Positions 30,055 through 39,543 are shown, counted from the stretch's first letter. The stretch is 64,000 nt of DNA from Bacteroidota bacterium (GCA_046048175.1 JBJOGP010000005.1:305-64304), one strand, 5' to 3'. Notes: generated by a model from the sequence alone, not told the origin. Numbers and translations: made by a program.

Positions 30055-32748
30055 TTATGCACGGCCTGCATTTACAATGGCATCCCTAATTAATGTTGTG
30101 AAAGCCGTATTTTCTATTAATTCTTCCACCTTGATATGCATCCGATACTGCCAATAATTCTTCGGATTGGCTGGATCATTAATTCTTTCATCGCCCGGAT
30201 TATTTCTTCGGATCAATTCGCTCATTCCCATGAGATCCTGTATTTGGAAAATACTCCACATAGCAGGCGAATTTAAATGTTGCTCCACTATGGCGCGATT
30301 AACCCATGCTTCACAAAACTGGGGAGCGTCACCCCATTGATGCATTTCATGATTATAGAAATACTGCGTACGCTGCCTGTTCTCCTCCCACCACCCTCTA
30401 ATTGTACTCATATCATGCGTAGAAGGTGTTACTACAGCCAGATAAGGAGAGTCGGCAGGATTAAAAAATGACTTGTTAGGATCTTTTGGCATTCGTTGTA
30501 TCTCCAAGCTTAGAATTCCTGTTTGTTGCATTACATCTGGCACACAATGAGGAACCATACCCAGGTCCTCGCCACAGATTAACATATTTGTAGACTCCTT
30601 TAAAAAAGGCAACTTTTGCATGGCTTCCTGGTACCAAAAATGATCTTGTCTTCGATAAAAATAGTCATGATATAGCTCCATCAATTTCTCTCGTACATAT
30701 GGAGCACATTGTTTAAACGACCAGGTTTTATCTATACTAATTCTGAAATGAAATTGCTTTTGATGTGAACCTGGTTCTTCAAATAAAAGAACATTTGCAA
30801 TTAGCTCGAACAGTCCCTCTTTGACTTTAGTCGATAATCCATGTGATGAATTATTTTCAAAATATTCTTCAACTTTTAGTTGGGTATCAAAAGCAGGTGA
30901 AATAATCCACGCTCCATTTTGGTCTTTCAACAAAAATTGTTCTTTAACTATAAACTGTTGCTCGCCAAAAATTTCCCAAAGCACTTCATCTGTAATGTAG
31001 GGGTTGCAAAAACGAGCATAATCAAATTGAATACCTCTTGCAGTAAACTCATCTATTCCTATAGGTAAACATGGCACAAATCTTCCTAAAATACCTTGCA
31101 CTGCATGTGTGGGGATGCTCCAAATTCTAAAGAAACCGAGTATATGATCAATTCGAAAAGTATCAAAATAACGGCTCATTTGTTCAAACCGTTGTTTCCA
31201 CCACGAAAAACCATCCTCTTGCATCTTTTTCCAATTGTAGGTAGGAAAGCCCCAGTTTTGGCCTATCGCAGTAAAATCATCTGGTGGCGCGCCCGCTTGC
31301 CAATCCATATTATAAAGTGAAGGGTCTACCCATGCATCTACTCCGTATCTGTAAATACCAATTGGAATATCTCCTTTCAAGACGAGCCCTTTTTGGTGGG
31401 CATAATTAACTGCAGCAATAAGCTGCTGATGAAGGTAAAATTGAACAAAGCAGTAGAAATTTATTTTTCGCCTTGACTTGCCGCTATTAAAAAGCTCATC
31501 TACCAACTCTTCAGAATAGTGATTGGCAATTGGCCATTTCTCAAATTTAGTAGTTCCAAATTCGTCCCTAAAATAGCAGAAAGCCGCATAGGACTTTAAC
31601 CAATTTTTGTTTTGCTTAAAGAAACTCTTATAACTATCGGTTTCAAAACAACTATCTGCTTGATCCTGATAAAGTTCCCAAAGAAAATCCCATTTTATAC
31701 GTAAGACCGCTTCGTAATCTACTTTCTCCAATTGATTTAATTGATCTTGTACTTTACGTAATTGCCTTAATTTCTTAGCTTGTTTTGTTCCGGCAATTTC
31801 AGCAAGATTTATATAAATAGGATGTAATGCAAATGCTGAGATGGCCGCATAAGGATAAGAATCAAGCCATGTATTTGTAGCGATAGTATCGTTAATGGGG
31901 AGCAATTGGATTAGTTTTATTCCAGCTGCCTGCGCCCAATCCACTAACAATTTGATATCGGAAAACTCTCCAATTCCAAAACTGTTTTGTGTACGTAAAC
32001 TAAAAACTGGAATCGAAACACCTGCACCTCGCCACTTTTCATCCTTTTTATGAATAAACCCATCATGAATTACGATTTGATCAAACGTGTTATCAATCCA
32101 ATTAGGAAGAACTCTATTTTCACCCTGTTCAAATGCAATAAAACATTTATTGACAATATCCCAAATACCATACTTGTATTCTAAAGAAGTTGAATCTTCT
32201 GAAACATCCACTAGTATTTCCCACCAGTTATCTTTCTTTGTAAGAAGAATCGGCTGTTTGGTGTCCCAATATCCCAATTGAGCACTCGAACCAACTATAC
32301 AAACTTGGCGACTATCAGAAAGTAAAGGAGCCTTCACTCTAAACAAATATGGACCCTCACTTTTCGTTTTTCTAGAGATCTTTTTTGCCTTTGGTAATAG
32401 AACTTCTTGGAATGGGGTAGTAAAAAAAGCATTTTCATAATCCCCTGCATGATTCCAGGTGTCATAAAATAATACAGACGCTGAATGAGCTAGGTTGAAA
32501 ACTCTGTCATCGCCCCACTCCGCAATAATTGAACCATCCTGGTTTTGCAATAAGTACTTGTACTTTAAAAAAGTTTTTTGACCCGTTATTGGGGCGTTAA
32601 TAGTTAATTGCCATGTTTCTGCATCGTAGTAAGACATTAAACAGGCATTCTGCCGAACCCCGTTTCCAAGCACAGGTAAGTTCCCAACAACAAGTAGCCG
32701 TTGACCGTAATCAGTCTTGAATTTTATATTGAATTGGAGGCGTGGCAC
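30055..32748 (-). CDS. malQ: 4-alpha-glucanotransferase (GH77) with two N-terminal CBM20 domains (DPE2-like)
   Basis: Two CBM20 motifs (T.YGQ.L.VVG..LG; V.IVGS..LGYW); QLLPINDT, DSYPY, KGDIPIG, GAPPD, RIDHILGFFR, GEDLG, THDM; GTG start. Confidence 0.93.
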   Translation of the reverse strand: MPRLQFNIKFKTDYGQRLLVVGNLPVLGNGVRQNACLMSYYDAETWQLTINAPITGQKTFLKYKYLLQNQDGSIIAEWGDDRVFNLAHSASVLFYDTWNHAGDYENAFFTTPFQEVLLPKAKKISRKTKSEGPYLFRVKAPLLSDSRQVCIVGSSAQLGYWDTKQPILLTKKDNWWEILVDVSEDSTSLEYKYGIWDIVNKCFIAFEQGENRVLPNWIDNTFDQIVIHDGFIHKKDEKWRGAGVSIPVFSLRTQNSFGIGEFSDIKLLVDWAQAAGIKLIQLLPINDTIATNTWLDSYPYAAISAFALHPIYINLAEIAGTKQAKKLRQLRKVQDQLNQLEKVDYEAVLRIKWDFLWELYQDQADSCFETDSYKSFFKQNKNWLKSYAAFCYFRDEFGTTKFEKWPIANHYSEELVDELFNSGKSRRKINFYCFVQFYLHQQLIAAVNYAHQKGLVLKGDIPIGIYRYGVDAWVDPSLYNMDWQAGAPPDDFTAIGQNWGFPTYNWKKMQEDGFSWWKQRFEQMSRYFDTFRIDHILGFFRIWSIPTHAVQGILGRFVPCLPIGIDEFTARGIQFDYARFCNPYITDEVLWEIFGEQQFIVKEQFLLKDQNGAWIISPAFDTQLKVEEYFENNSSHGLSTKVKEGLFELIANVLLFEEPGSHQKQFHFRISIDKTWSFKQCAPYVREKLMELYHDYFYRRQDHFWYQEAMQKLPFLKESTNMLICGEDLGMVPHCVPDVMQQTGILSLEIQRMPKDPNKSFFNPADSPYLAVVTPSTHDMSTIRGWWEENRQRTQYFYNHEMHQWGDAPQFCEAWVNRAIVEQHLNSPAMWSIFQIQDLMGMSELIRRNNPGDERINDPANPKNYWQYRMHIKVEELIENTAFTTLIRDAIVNAGRA

Positions 32749-32791
32749 GGGGTATAAGCAATCAGGCTATTGTGTGTACGAAACACATTAT

Positions 32792-32874
32792 CAAAAATAG
32801 TGAAAATCAGTTATTCGGAACGAGAAAAACAGGGCATAACAATTTCAAAAATTGCCTTTTGGAGCTTAGTTTTG
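32792..32874. promoter_or_regulatory. Divergent -7 boxes for malQ (TATTTTTG, minus, 32792-32799) and the small-protein/Pmp3 unit (TAGTTTTG, plus, 32867-32874)
   Basis: Two exact TAnnTTTG matches in the correct orientations. Confidence 0.65.
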
Positions 32875-32885
32875 CAAAAAAAATT

Positions 32886-33041
32886 ATGGAAAATACAAAT
32901 AAGCAAAAAGGCATCTGGTGGCTTGTATTCTTTGCTTCAACTGCTGCATTGGGATGGGCTATTTTCTCACATTGGGAATGGCTGACCTTAATCCTACCCT
33001 TTCAAACTACTGCTTTTGTAAAGGCAATGGACATCATGTAA
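32886..33041 (+). CDS. Small (51 aa) Trp-rich membrane protein
   Basis: MENTNKQKGIWWLVFFASTAALGWAIFSHWEWLTLILPF...; ATG 11 nt after a -7 box with an A-rich leader. Confidence 0.72.
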   Translation: MENTNKQKGIWWLVFFASTAALGWAIFSHWEWLTLILPFQTTAFVKAMDIM

Positions 33042-33054
33042 TAGCTCAGTGTTT

Positions 33055-33405
33055 ATGCGTTATGTTCTTTTTTTATTTTTTCTAATTATATCCTTTTCGC
33101 TGAAGGCATCTTACTCCCCCTCTCTTCCATTGAATGGTACAACGGGGCAAATAATAGCTGGAAGTAAGGCGGGTAAACAATCGTACAATTCAAAGAGCCT
33201 CCTTCGAAAATTTTGGCGTAAGGCTCAGGATGTCGATAACGATTTGGCTTTTTTAATAATCCTTGCCGTGATTCTTCCTTTTCTTGCAGTTTATCTCAAA
33301 GAAGGGAAAGTCAATTCCCGTTTTTGGATTAGCTTACTACTCACAGCTTTGTTTTGGCTACCAGGCGTCATTTATTCCTTACTTGTAGTACTTAACAAAT
33401 ATTAA
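33055..33405 (+). CDS. YqaE/Pmp3-family membrane protein with N-terminal signal/extension
   Basis: IILAVILPFLAVYL..G....FWISLLLTALFWLPGVIYSL Pmp3 signature. Confidence 0.88.
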   Translation: MRYVLFLFFLIISFSLKASYSPSLPLNGTTGQIIAGSKAGKQSYNSKSLLRKFWRKAQDVDNDLAFLIILAVILPFLAVYLKEGKVNSRFWISLLLTALFWLPGVIYSLLVVLNKY

Positions 33406-33423
33406 CTTAATACAACTCTCTAA

Positions 33424-33454
33424 TAAAAAAGCCTCCGTTGTGGAGGCTTTTTTA
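33424..33454. terminator. Bidirectional intrinsic terminator between the Pmp3 gene and rplT
   Basis: TAAAAAAGCCTCC-GTTGT-GGAGGCTTTTTTA. Confidence 0.9.
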
Positions 33455-33478
33455 TGTCGCTTAAATTAGCAGTTCCGA

Positions 33479-33823
33479 TTATTTCACAGACTGAATCAAG
33501 CTTTTAAAAGTTTCTGGATTATTCATAGCCAAATCTGCAAGAACTTTACGATCCAGCTCGATTCCTTTATCCTGTAATTTTTTGATAAAAACAGAATAAG
33601 TCAATCCCTCTTCGCGCACCGCTGCGTTGATACGAGCGATCCAAAGTGAACGATATTCTCTTTTTTTCAGTTTGCGACCCACGAACATGTAGGTCATACC
33701 TTTTTCAACAACATTCTTAGCTACAGTAAGGACGTTTTTACGCTTTCCATAAAAACCCTTGGCTTGTTTTAATATCTTTTTACGTCTAGCTTTTGACGCA
33801 ACGGCATTTTTTGAACGTGGCAT
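33479..33823 (-). CDS. rplT: 50S ribosomal protein L20
   Basis: MPRS...[14 protein letters not shown]...[10 protein letters not shown]...[10 protein letters not shown]. Confidence 0.99.
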   Translation of the reverse strand: MPRSKNAVASKARRKKILKQAKGFYGKRKNVLTVAKNVVEKGMTYMFVGRKLKKREYRSLWIARINAAVREEGLTYSVFIKKLQDKGIELDRKVLADLAMNNPETFKSLIQSVK

Positions 33824-33859
33824 AGTACTTTAATTAAATTAGTTAAGATAAAAGTCAGC

Positions 33860-34057
33860 TTACTTTAAACGAAGTAAACGTTTAACAAAATCAACGTGAG
33901 ATTTTGCAACTGTACCGTCTAAGCGCATATTACGCTTGCGTTTTTTTGACTTTTTTGTAAGAATGTGACGTTTAAAACTTTTTTGATGCATGATCTTACC
34001 TGTACCAGTCACTTTAAAGCGCTTTTTGGCACTGGAATTAGTTTTCACTTTTGGCAT
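33860..34057 (-). CDS. rpmI: 50S ribosomal protein L35
   Basis: [21 protein letters not shown]...[11 protein letters not shown]. Confidence 0.99.
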   Translation of the reverse strand: MPKVKTNSSAKKRFKVTGTGKIMHQKSFKRHILTKKSKKRKRNMRLDGTVAKSHVDFVKRLLRLK

Positions 34058-34137
34058 TGTACCAATATTTAATTTTTAACCCTTGAGGCATTCCCCACTG
34101 GGGGACCTTTTTCGAACCTCTTCAGGCAATAAGGCCG

Positions 34138-34167
34138 CAAAGCTACACCATATTCCTTGATATTCAA
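34138..34167 (-). promoter_or_regulatory. rpmI-rplT promoter: TTG-N19-TAGCTTTG
   Basis: -33 TTG at 34167-34165, 19-nt spacer, -7 box 34145-34138, followed by CGGCC. Confidence 0.8.
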
Positions 34168-34168
34168 T

Positions 34169-34201
34169 AAAAAAATGGCTCCTGAACTAATCAGGAGCCA
34201 T
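34169..34201 (-). terminator. Intrinsic terminator ending the infC-metalloprotease transcript
   Basis: Minus strand ATGGCTCCTGA-TTAGT-TCAGGAGCCAT followed by a T-run. Confidence 0.88.
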
Positions 34202-34232
34202 CTCAATTAAATATAAAGGGATTCCCCTCTAT

Positions 34233-36809
34233 TTATTTGGGATCCAATGCTTTATTGATTCTATCTGCAACATCTTGCAAATGTATCTTGGACATTGTAT
34301 CGGTATATTGGCTTGCTGATGCAGTTGCTTCGGAACGAATTCTTTGCAAGTGCACGCGTACAACAGTTTTTACGTCTGACTTTTCAGCGCTTATTTGTGG
34401 TTGAGAAGAACCGCCAAATCCACCGAATCCTCCAGCAGGATTGGCTGGCGGAGGATTTAAAATAGAAATCAGATTATTGACATATGTTTTCTGAAGATTG
34501 CGGCGATATACATCAATAGGCTTTTTGGAAGTTAATTCAGACCAAACACCTGCCCTCAAATCATTCATATATTCTAAAATTCCATAGGCTTTAGAACCTG
34601 CAGAAGCTTCGGCGTCAACCAATTTCGTTAACGTGCGATTACTCATAATTCTACCTAGAATATTATCCTGAACAGAACCAATAATAGTTAATGGACTTTG
34701 GCCTGTTTTTTCAAATATGCTTTGATCAATCAGCCAAGTTGGGGTGCTGAATAATTGTTTCTGCAAAAATTCTAAGGCCTCTTTTTGCTTCGCCTTGCTA
34801 ACGAGTTCGTATACAGGCCCAGTCTGCTCCTGAGTTTTAGGAGTTTCCATTATTCCTGCTACATATTTTGCAACATGTCCATTGTAGCGAGAAAATTGTG
34901 AAACCACTTCCTGGTAGATCGTGCGTAATCCTTCAAAATCCTCATTGGATTCACGTGTCCACTCATGAAGATTAGGAACTATTCTCTTAAGATTAAGGAT
35001 GCCATAATAACTTCCTTTCATGGCGTCATCACCAACCTGCTCACTCTGAGAACGCGGATCATCAGGATTTGTCTCGGTTCCAAACCATAAGCGATTATTC
35101 TTTAGCTTTTCAATCACCCAACTATTAAGTTTGCTTTGCTCAGCATCTGGGCTTTTGTACTCAGGGAAAAGTCTATATCCCCACTCAATCGCCCATTTAT
35201 CGTAATCGCCAATTCGAGGGAATAATCCGCTTGTATTGATTTTATCTTCTGGCTGTGCAACGTAGTTAAAACGTGCATAGTCCATAATGGATGGAGTATG
35301 CCCATTAGCTTCAACCCATGCTTTATTACGAAGATTTTCTACAGGTACAGTAGAGCTTGATCCATAGTTATGTCGTAAACCTAGTGTGTGCCCTACCTCA
35401 TGTGAAGAAACAAAACGAATTAATTCTCCCATCAAAGAATCTGGGAATTGCATTTGACGAGCTCTTGGATCATTTGGCGCACATTGAATCATGTACCAGT
35501 TGCGTAACAACTGCATTACATTGTGATACCAATTGATATGGCTTTCCATAATCTCTCCACTGCGTGGATCAGAGATGCTAGGACCACTCGCGTTAGGTAT
35601 ATCAGAGGGCTTGTATACAATTGCAGAATTTCTAGCATCATCCAAACTCCAGGTGCTGTCTTCTTGTTTACTTGGCGCTCTCTTCGCTACGATTGCATTT
35701 TTGAAACCAGCTTTTTCAAAAGCAATCTGCCAGTCATTTACTCCTTGAATTAAGTAAGGAACCCATTTTTCTGGTGTTGAAGGATCAATGTAAAATACAA
35801 TTGGCTTCACAGGTTCAACTAGTTCTCCTTTTTTATATTTTTCTACATCTTCTGGTTTGGGCTCGAGTCTCCATCTTTTAACCATTGTGATGTTTTTTAC
35901 ACCCTGTGGGTTTGCATCAAAATCAGTATACCCTACAGCAAAAAAGCCAACACGAGGATCAAAGTAACGAGCCTGCATTGGATTCTTAGGTAAAATGACC
36001 ATAGAACTGTTCAGTTCCATAGTCATATTTCCGCCAGAAGCACCACCGCCCCCCATCATGCCTCCGCCACCAGGCGTTGGCATAGCAGGACCTCTTCCAT
36101 AGGTTTTAATGGCTTTGATTTCGATGTTAATTGGGTATGATTTTACTGAAACCACATAAGACTTATCAGCTTGAATTGCTGCAAGACGCAAAGAAGATTT
36201 CATTGAAGAACTAAAATGTAATACATCGTTATCTCCACTAATGAAATCGGTAATATCAATTACAGAAGTTGTAGAATCCTTGCCAAATGCTTTTACATCA
36301 AAGGATTGAACTATGGGTTGTATGTTTGACTTTGAAACTGTAGTGAACATTGGAGATGTGGAATCCTTTGCATATTCACCATAGGAAATAGTACGTAAGA
36401 AAATTTTATTCTTTGGTCCTTTTTCAAATCGAACTACGTTTTGACCAATTTGATCTCCTGCATATCCAAAAAAGCTTCCACCAGCTCTTAAACCAGCTGG
36501 AGCTTGCGAAATTCTGTTTACAACCAAAATATCTCTGAGTAATAATGAATCAGGAATCTCAAAGAAAAATCGATCTTCTACTTTATGAACCCAAAAAAGA
36601 CCTTTAGAAGATTCTGCCTTTGAAGTAATCACTTCTTTGTAAGGCTTTGGGGCTGTAGATGCAATTGGAGGAATACCAGGTGCACGTCTGTTTGTGTCCG
36701 GACGAGCCTGGTTGTTTTGAGCTGGGCCTGGAGCTGGTTGCTGTGCAAAAGCCATTTGCTGAAACAAAACACAGGCAGCTAATACAAGCGGGTTTAGTTT
36801 TTTAAACAT
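34233..36809 (-). CDS. Secreted zinc-dependent metalloprotease (DUF5118/DUF5117/EcxA-like metzincin)
   Basis: Signal peptide; D.RVGFF, KPIVFYID..TP, DPRSGEI, HEVGHTLGLRHN (HExxHxxGxxH), Met-turn SIMDY, GDYDKWAIEWGY. Confidence 0.92.
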   Translation of the reverse strand: MFKKLNPLVLAACVLFQQMAFAQQPAPGPAQNNQARPDTNRRAPGIPPIASTAPKPYKEVITSKAESSKGLFWVHKVEDRFFFEIPDSLLLRDILVVNRISQAPAGLRAGGSFFGYAGDQIGQNVVRFEKGPKNKIFLRTISYGEYAKDSTSPMFTTVSKSNIQPIVQSFDVKAFGKDSTTSVIDITDFISGDNDVLHFSSSMKSSLRLAAIQADKSYVVSVKSYPINIEIKAIKTYGRGPAMPTPGGGGMMGGGGASGGNMTMELNSSMVILPKNPMQARYFDPRVGFFAVGYTDFDANPQGVKNITMVKRWRLEPKPEDVEKYKKGELVEPVKPIVFYIDPSTPEKWVPYLIQGVNDWQIAFEKAGFKNAIVAKRAPSKQEDSTWSLDDARNSAIVYKPSDIPNASGPSISDPRSGEIMESHINWYHNVMQLLRNWYMIQCAPNDPRARQMQFPDSLMGELIRFVSSHEVGHTLGLRHNYGSSSTVPVENLRNKAWVEANGHTPSIMDYARFNYVAQPEDKINTSGLFPRIGDYDKWAIEWGYRLFPEYKSPDAEQSKLNSWVIEKLKNNRLWFGTETNPDDPRSQSEQVGDDAMKGSYYGILNLKRIVPNLHEWTRESNEDFEGLRTIYQEVVSQFSRYNGHVAKYVAGIMETPKTQEQTGPVYELVSKAKQKEALEFLQKQLFSTPTWLIDQSIFEKTGQSPLTIIGSVQDNILGRIMSNRTLTKLVDAEASAGSKAYGILEYMNDLRAGVWSELTSKKPIDVYRRNLQKTYVNNLISILNPPPANPAGGFGGFGGSSQPQISAEKSDVKTVVRVHLQRIRSEATASASQYTDTMSKIHLQDVADRINKALDPK

Positions 36810-36820
36810 GGGGGTTGTTT

Positions 36821-37450
36821 TTATTTTTTCTTTCCTTTTGGAGCAAACATTGCATGCATTCTTCGTCCTTCCATCTTAGGCATGTTTTCAAGGATGCCAG
36901 CCTCAGCAAGACGTTCTGCAAATTTTAAAAGCAATAATTGACCACGATCCTGAAATTGGATAGAACGACCTTTGAATTGCACATACGCTTTTACTTTGTT
37001 TCCTTCTTTCAAAAACTCGATGGCATGTTTCGCTTTAAAATCGAAATCATGATCATCTGTATTTGGCGTAAAACGTATTTCTTTTACCTCTGAAGCCTTA
37101 CTCTTGGCCTTCATTTCTTTCTCTTTCTTTTTCTTGTCGTAGAGAAATTTATTGTAGTCAATGATTTTACAAACAGGAGGATCCACATTGGGAGATATCT
37201 CAACAAGATCTAAACCTTGTTCCTGAGATAAGCGAATAGCATCTTGGATTGAATAGATTCCTACTTCTACATTATCCCCTACTAATCGTACTTGGGGTGA
37301 TCGAATCAAATTATTAATACGGTGTTCAGGTTCTTTACGAGGAGGTAGTTTACCTCTGAATCCATCCCGGCGTGGACCTGAAAAAGGCGGCCTGGGATTG
37401 TTTCCGGGTGGACGGGAAAACCCTCCTCCGGGATTTTGTGGTGCTGTCAT
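36821..37450 (-). CDS. infC: Translation initiation factor IF-3
   Basis: RIN..IR...VRLV, LDLVEISP...PPVCKIIDY.KF, KEIRF, HDF.FK, EG.KVK. Confidence 0.97.
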   Translation of the reverse strand: MTAPQNPGGGFSRPPGNNPRPPFSGPRRDGFRGKLPPRKEPEHRINNLIRSPQVRLVGDNVEVGIYSIQDAIRLSQEQGLDLVEISPNVDPPVCKIIDYNKFLYDKKKKEKEMKAKSKASEVKEIRFTPNTDDHDFDFKAKHAIEFLKEGNKVKAYVQFKGRSIQFQDRGQLLLLKFAERLAEAGILENMPKMEGRRMHAMFAPKGKKK

Positions 37451-37481
37451 TGATGCAATTTAGGTGACTAAATTATAGATT

Positions 37482-39413
37482 TTAGCTTTTACGTTGTTGA
37501 ATTTCAGTAAGTACCTCCTGGGTAAACTCCTGTAGAGATTTTGTACCAAGATCCCCATGACCTTGACGGCGAACAGATACATGGTTTTCAAGCATTTCCT
37601 TTTCTCCTACTACAAGCATAAAAGGAACTTTAGCAAGCTCGGTATCACGAATCTTTTTGCCAATCTTTTCATTTCTTTCATCAATAGATGTACGTATACC
37701 CGCTTTTGTGAGAGTTTGGCATACTTCATGCGCGTAGGCAGAAAATTTATCACTGATTGGTAACACTTTTACTTGCAAAGGAGCAATCCAAAGTGGAAAG
37801 CGACCCGCATAATGCTCAAGCAAAAAACCTATGAATCGTTCATGCGTACCTAATGGAGCTCGGTGGATGATCAAAGGCACTTCCGCCTCGTTGTTACTAT
37901 TGGTATAAGAAAGTTTAAACTTAATACCTGAATTGAAATCTACCTGGTTGGTAGCTAAGGTGAACTCCCTTCCAATCGCACTCCAAATTTGCACGTCAAT
38001 TTTGGGTCCGTAGAACGCAGCTTCATCTTGCACTTCAACAAAAGGAGTACCTGTTTCAACAAGCACTTTGCGAACCATGGACTCTGTTTCTTTCCATAGT
38101 GTAGGTTCATTCACATATTTCTGCCCCAACTTAGATGGATCATGCAAACTGAGTCGCATGACATATTTTTCAATTCCAAAAATTTTAAAATACTTAAGAT
38201 ACATTTCATTCACTGCCCGGAACTCATCAAAAAATTGCTCCCGGCTGCAATAAATGTGCGCATCATTCATGTGTAAACATCTCACGCGCATTAGTCCAAA
38301 TAGTTCGCCACTTTGTTCATATCTGTAACAGGTTCCATACTCGGCGATTCGGTACGGTAAGTCTTTGTAACTTTTTGGCTCGGCATCGAAAATCTTATGA
38401 TGGTGCGGGCAATTCATTGCCTTCAAGTAATACTTTTCACCGTCCATTTCCATAGGTGGAAACATACTATCAGCATAGTATGGAAGGTGACCACTCGTAA
38501 GGTACATGCTCTCTTTGGCAATATGCGGCGTAACTACTCGCTTGTAACCCGCAGCTGTTTCAGTTTCTTTAGCTAGCTTTTCTAATTCTTCGATAATGAT
38601 TGTACCATTGGGCATCCAAAGAGGAAGACCTGGTCCTACATCATCGTCCATTGTATAAATACCTAACTCCTTCCCCAATTTTCGGTGATCTCTTTTTTTG
38701 GCCTCTTCTAACATAGCCAGATACTCATCTAACTCTTTTTGAGAAGGGAATGTGATGCCGTAAACACGAGTAAGCATTTTGTTTTTTTCATTGCCTTTCC
38801 AATAAGCTCCGGCAATGCTTGTCAACTTAATCGCTTTAATCAAAGAGGTATTTGGAATGTGAGGGCCTCTACATAAATCTGTGAAATCTCCTTGCGTGTA
38901 AAAAGTGATTTCACCATCTTGTAAACCTTCTAACAAATCAAGTTTATATTCGTCCCCTTTTTGGTTGAAGTACTGAATTGCATCCGTTTTGCTGATTTCC
39001 TTACGCGTGAATGAACTATTTTTTTTCGCCAGCTCATTCATTTTCTTTTCCAGCATAAGAAGATCTTCTTCTGTCATCTTTCGGTCTCCCAAATCCATAT
39101 CATAATAGAAACCATTTTCAACAGCAGGTCCGACCCAGAATTTTACACCCGGAAAAACTGATTCAACTGCCTCAGCCATCAAATGCGCAGAGGAGTGCCA
39201 AAAAGTACCTTTTCCATCCGTGTCCACCCATGTTAGCAATCGAAGTGCTGCATCTTTTTTAATCGGTCTAAATGCATCAACAACCACCCCATCAATGGAA
39301 GCAGCTAGTACTTTTTTTGCCAAACCTTCAGAAATACTTTTTGCAATATCTAAAGAAGTTACACCCTCATCAAAGGAGCGAACGGCACCGTCTGGAAAAG
39401 TTATTTTAATCAT
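37482..39413 (-). CDS. thrS: Threonine--tRNA ligase
   Basis: TGS domain, HSSAHLMA, DLCRGPH, GAYWKG, RDHRKLG, MNCPHH, AFYGPKID, IHRA.LG..ERF. Confidence 0.99.
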   Translation of the reverse strand: MIKITFPDGAVRSFDEGVTSLDIAKSISEGLAKKVLAASIDGVVVDAFRPIKKDAALRLLTWVDTDGKGTFWHSSAHLMAEAVESVFPGVKFWVGPAVENGFYYDMDLGDRKMTEEDLLMLEKKMNELAKKNSSFTRKEISKTDAIQYFNQKGDEYKLDLLEGLQDGEITFYTQGDFTDLCRGPHIPNTSLIKAIKLTSIAGAYWKGNEKNKMLTRVYGITFPSQKELDEYLAMLEEAKKRDHRKLGKELGIYTMDDDVGPGLPLWMPNGTIIIEELEKLAKETETAAGYKRVVTPHIAKESMYLTSGHLPYYADSMFPPMEMDGEKYYLKAMNCPHHHKIFDAEPKSYKDLPYRIAEYGTCYRYEQSGELFGLMRVRCLHMNDAHIYCSREQFFDEFRAVNEMYLKYFKIFGIEKYVMRLSLHDPSKLGQKYVNEPTLWKETESMVRKVLVETGTPFVEVQDEAAFYGPKIDVQIWSAIGREFTLATNQVDFNSGIKFKLSYTNSNNEAEVPLIIHRAPLGTHERFIGFLLEHYAGRFPLWIAPLQVKVLPISDKFSAYAHEVCQTLTKAGIRTSIDERNEKIGKKIRDTELAKVPFMLVVGEKEMLENHVSVRRQGHGDLGTKSLQEFTQEVLTEIQQRKS

Positions 39414-39437
39414 GTGAGCTTAAGGAGATAAAGAAGG

Positions 39438-39543
39438 CAAATTTAGCAATTTGAGTCCAAAACACCCTCAGGGTAAAGAGGATGTTAAAATTGAACACAA
39501 GTGGCTATGGCAAACGACGAAATACCCACAAAAAGTATCTTTG
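39438..39543. promoter_or_regulatory. Divergent -7 boxes for thrS (TAAATTTG, minus, 39438-39445) and the paralogue pair (TATCTTTG, plus, 39536-39543)
   Basis: Exact TAnnTTTG matches 24 nt and 9 nt from the respective ATGs. Confidence 0.7.

Noticed and set aside
34202-36820. Metalloprotease as a mobile element or cassette
   Set aside because: No integrase/transposase, terminal repeats or visible compositional shift.
39414-39437. thrS translational operator or T-box
   Set aside because: The leader after the -7 box is only about 20 nt, too short for either element.
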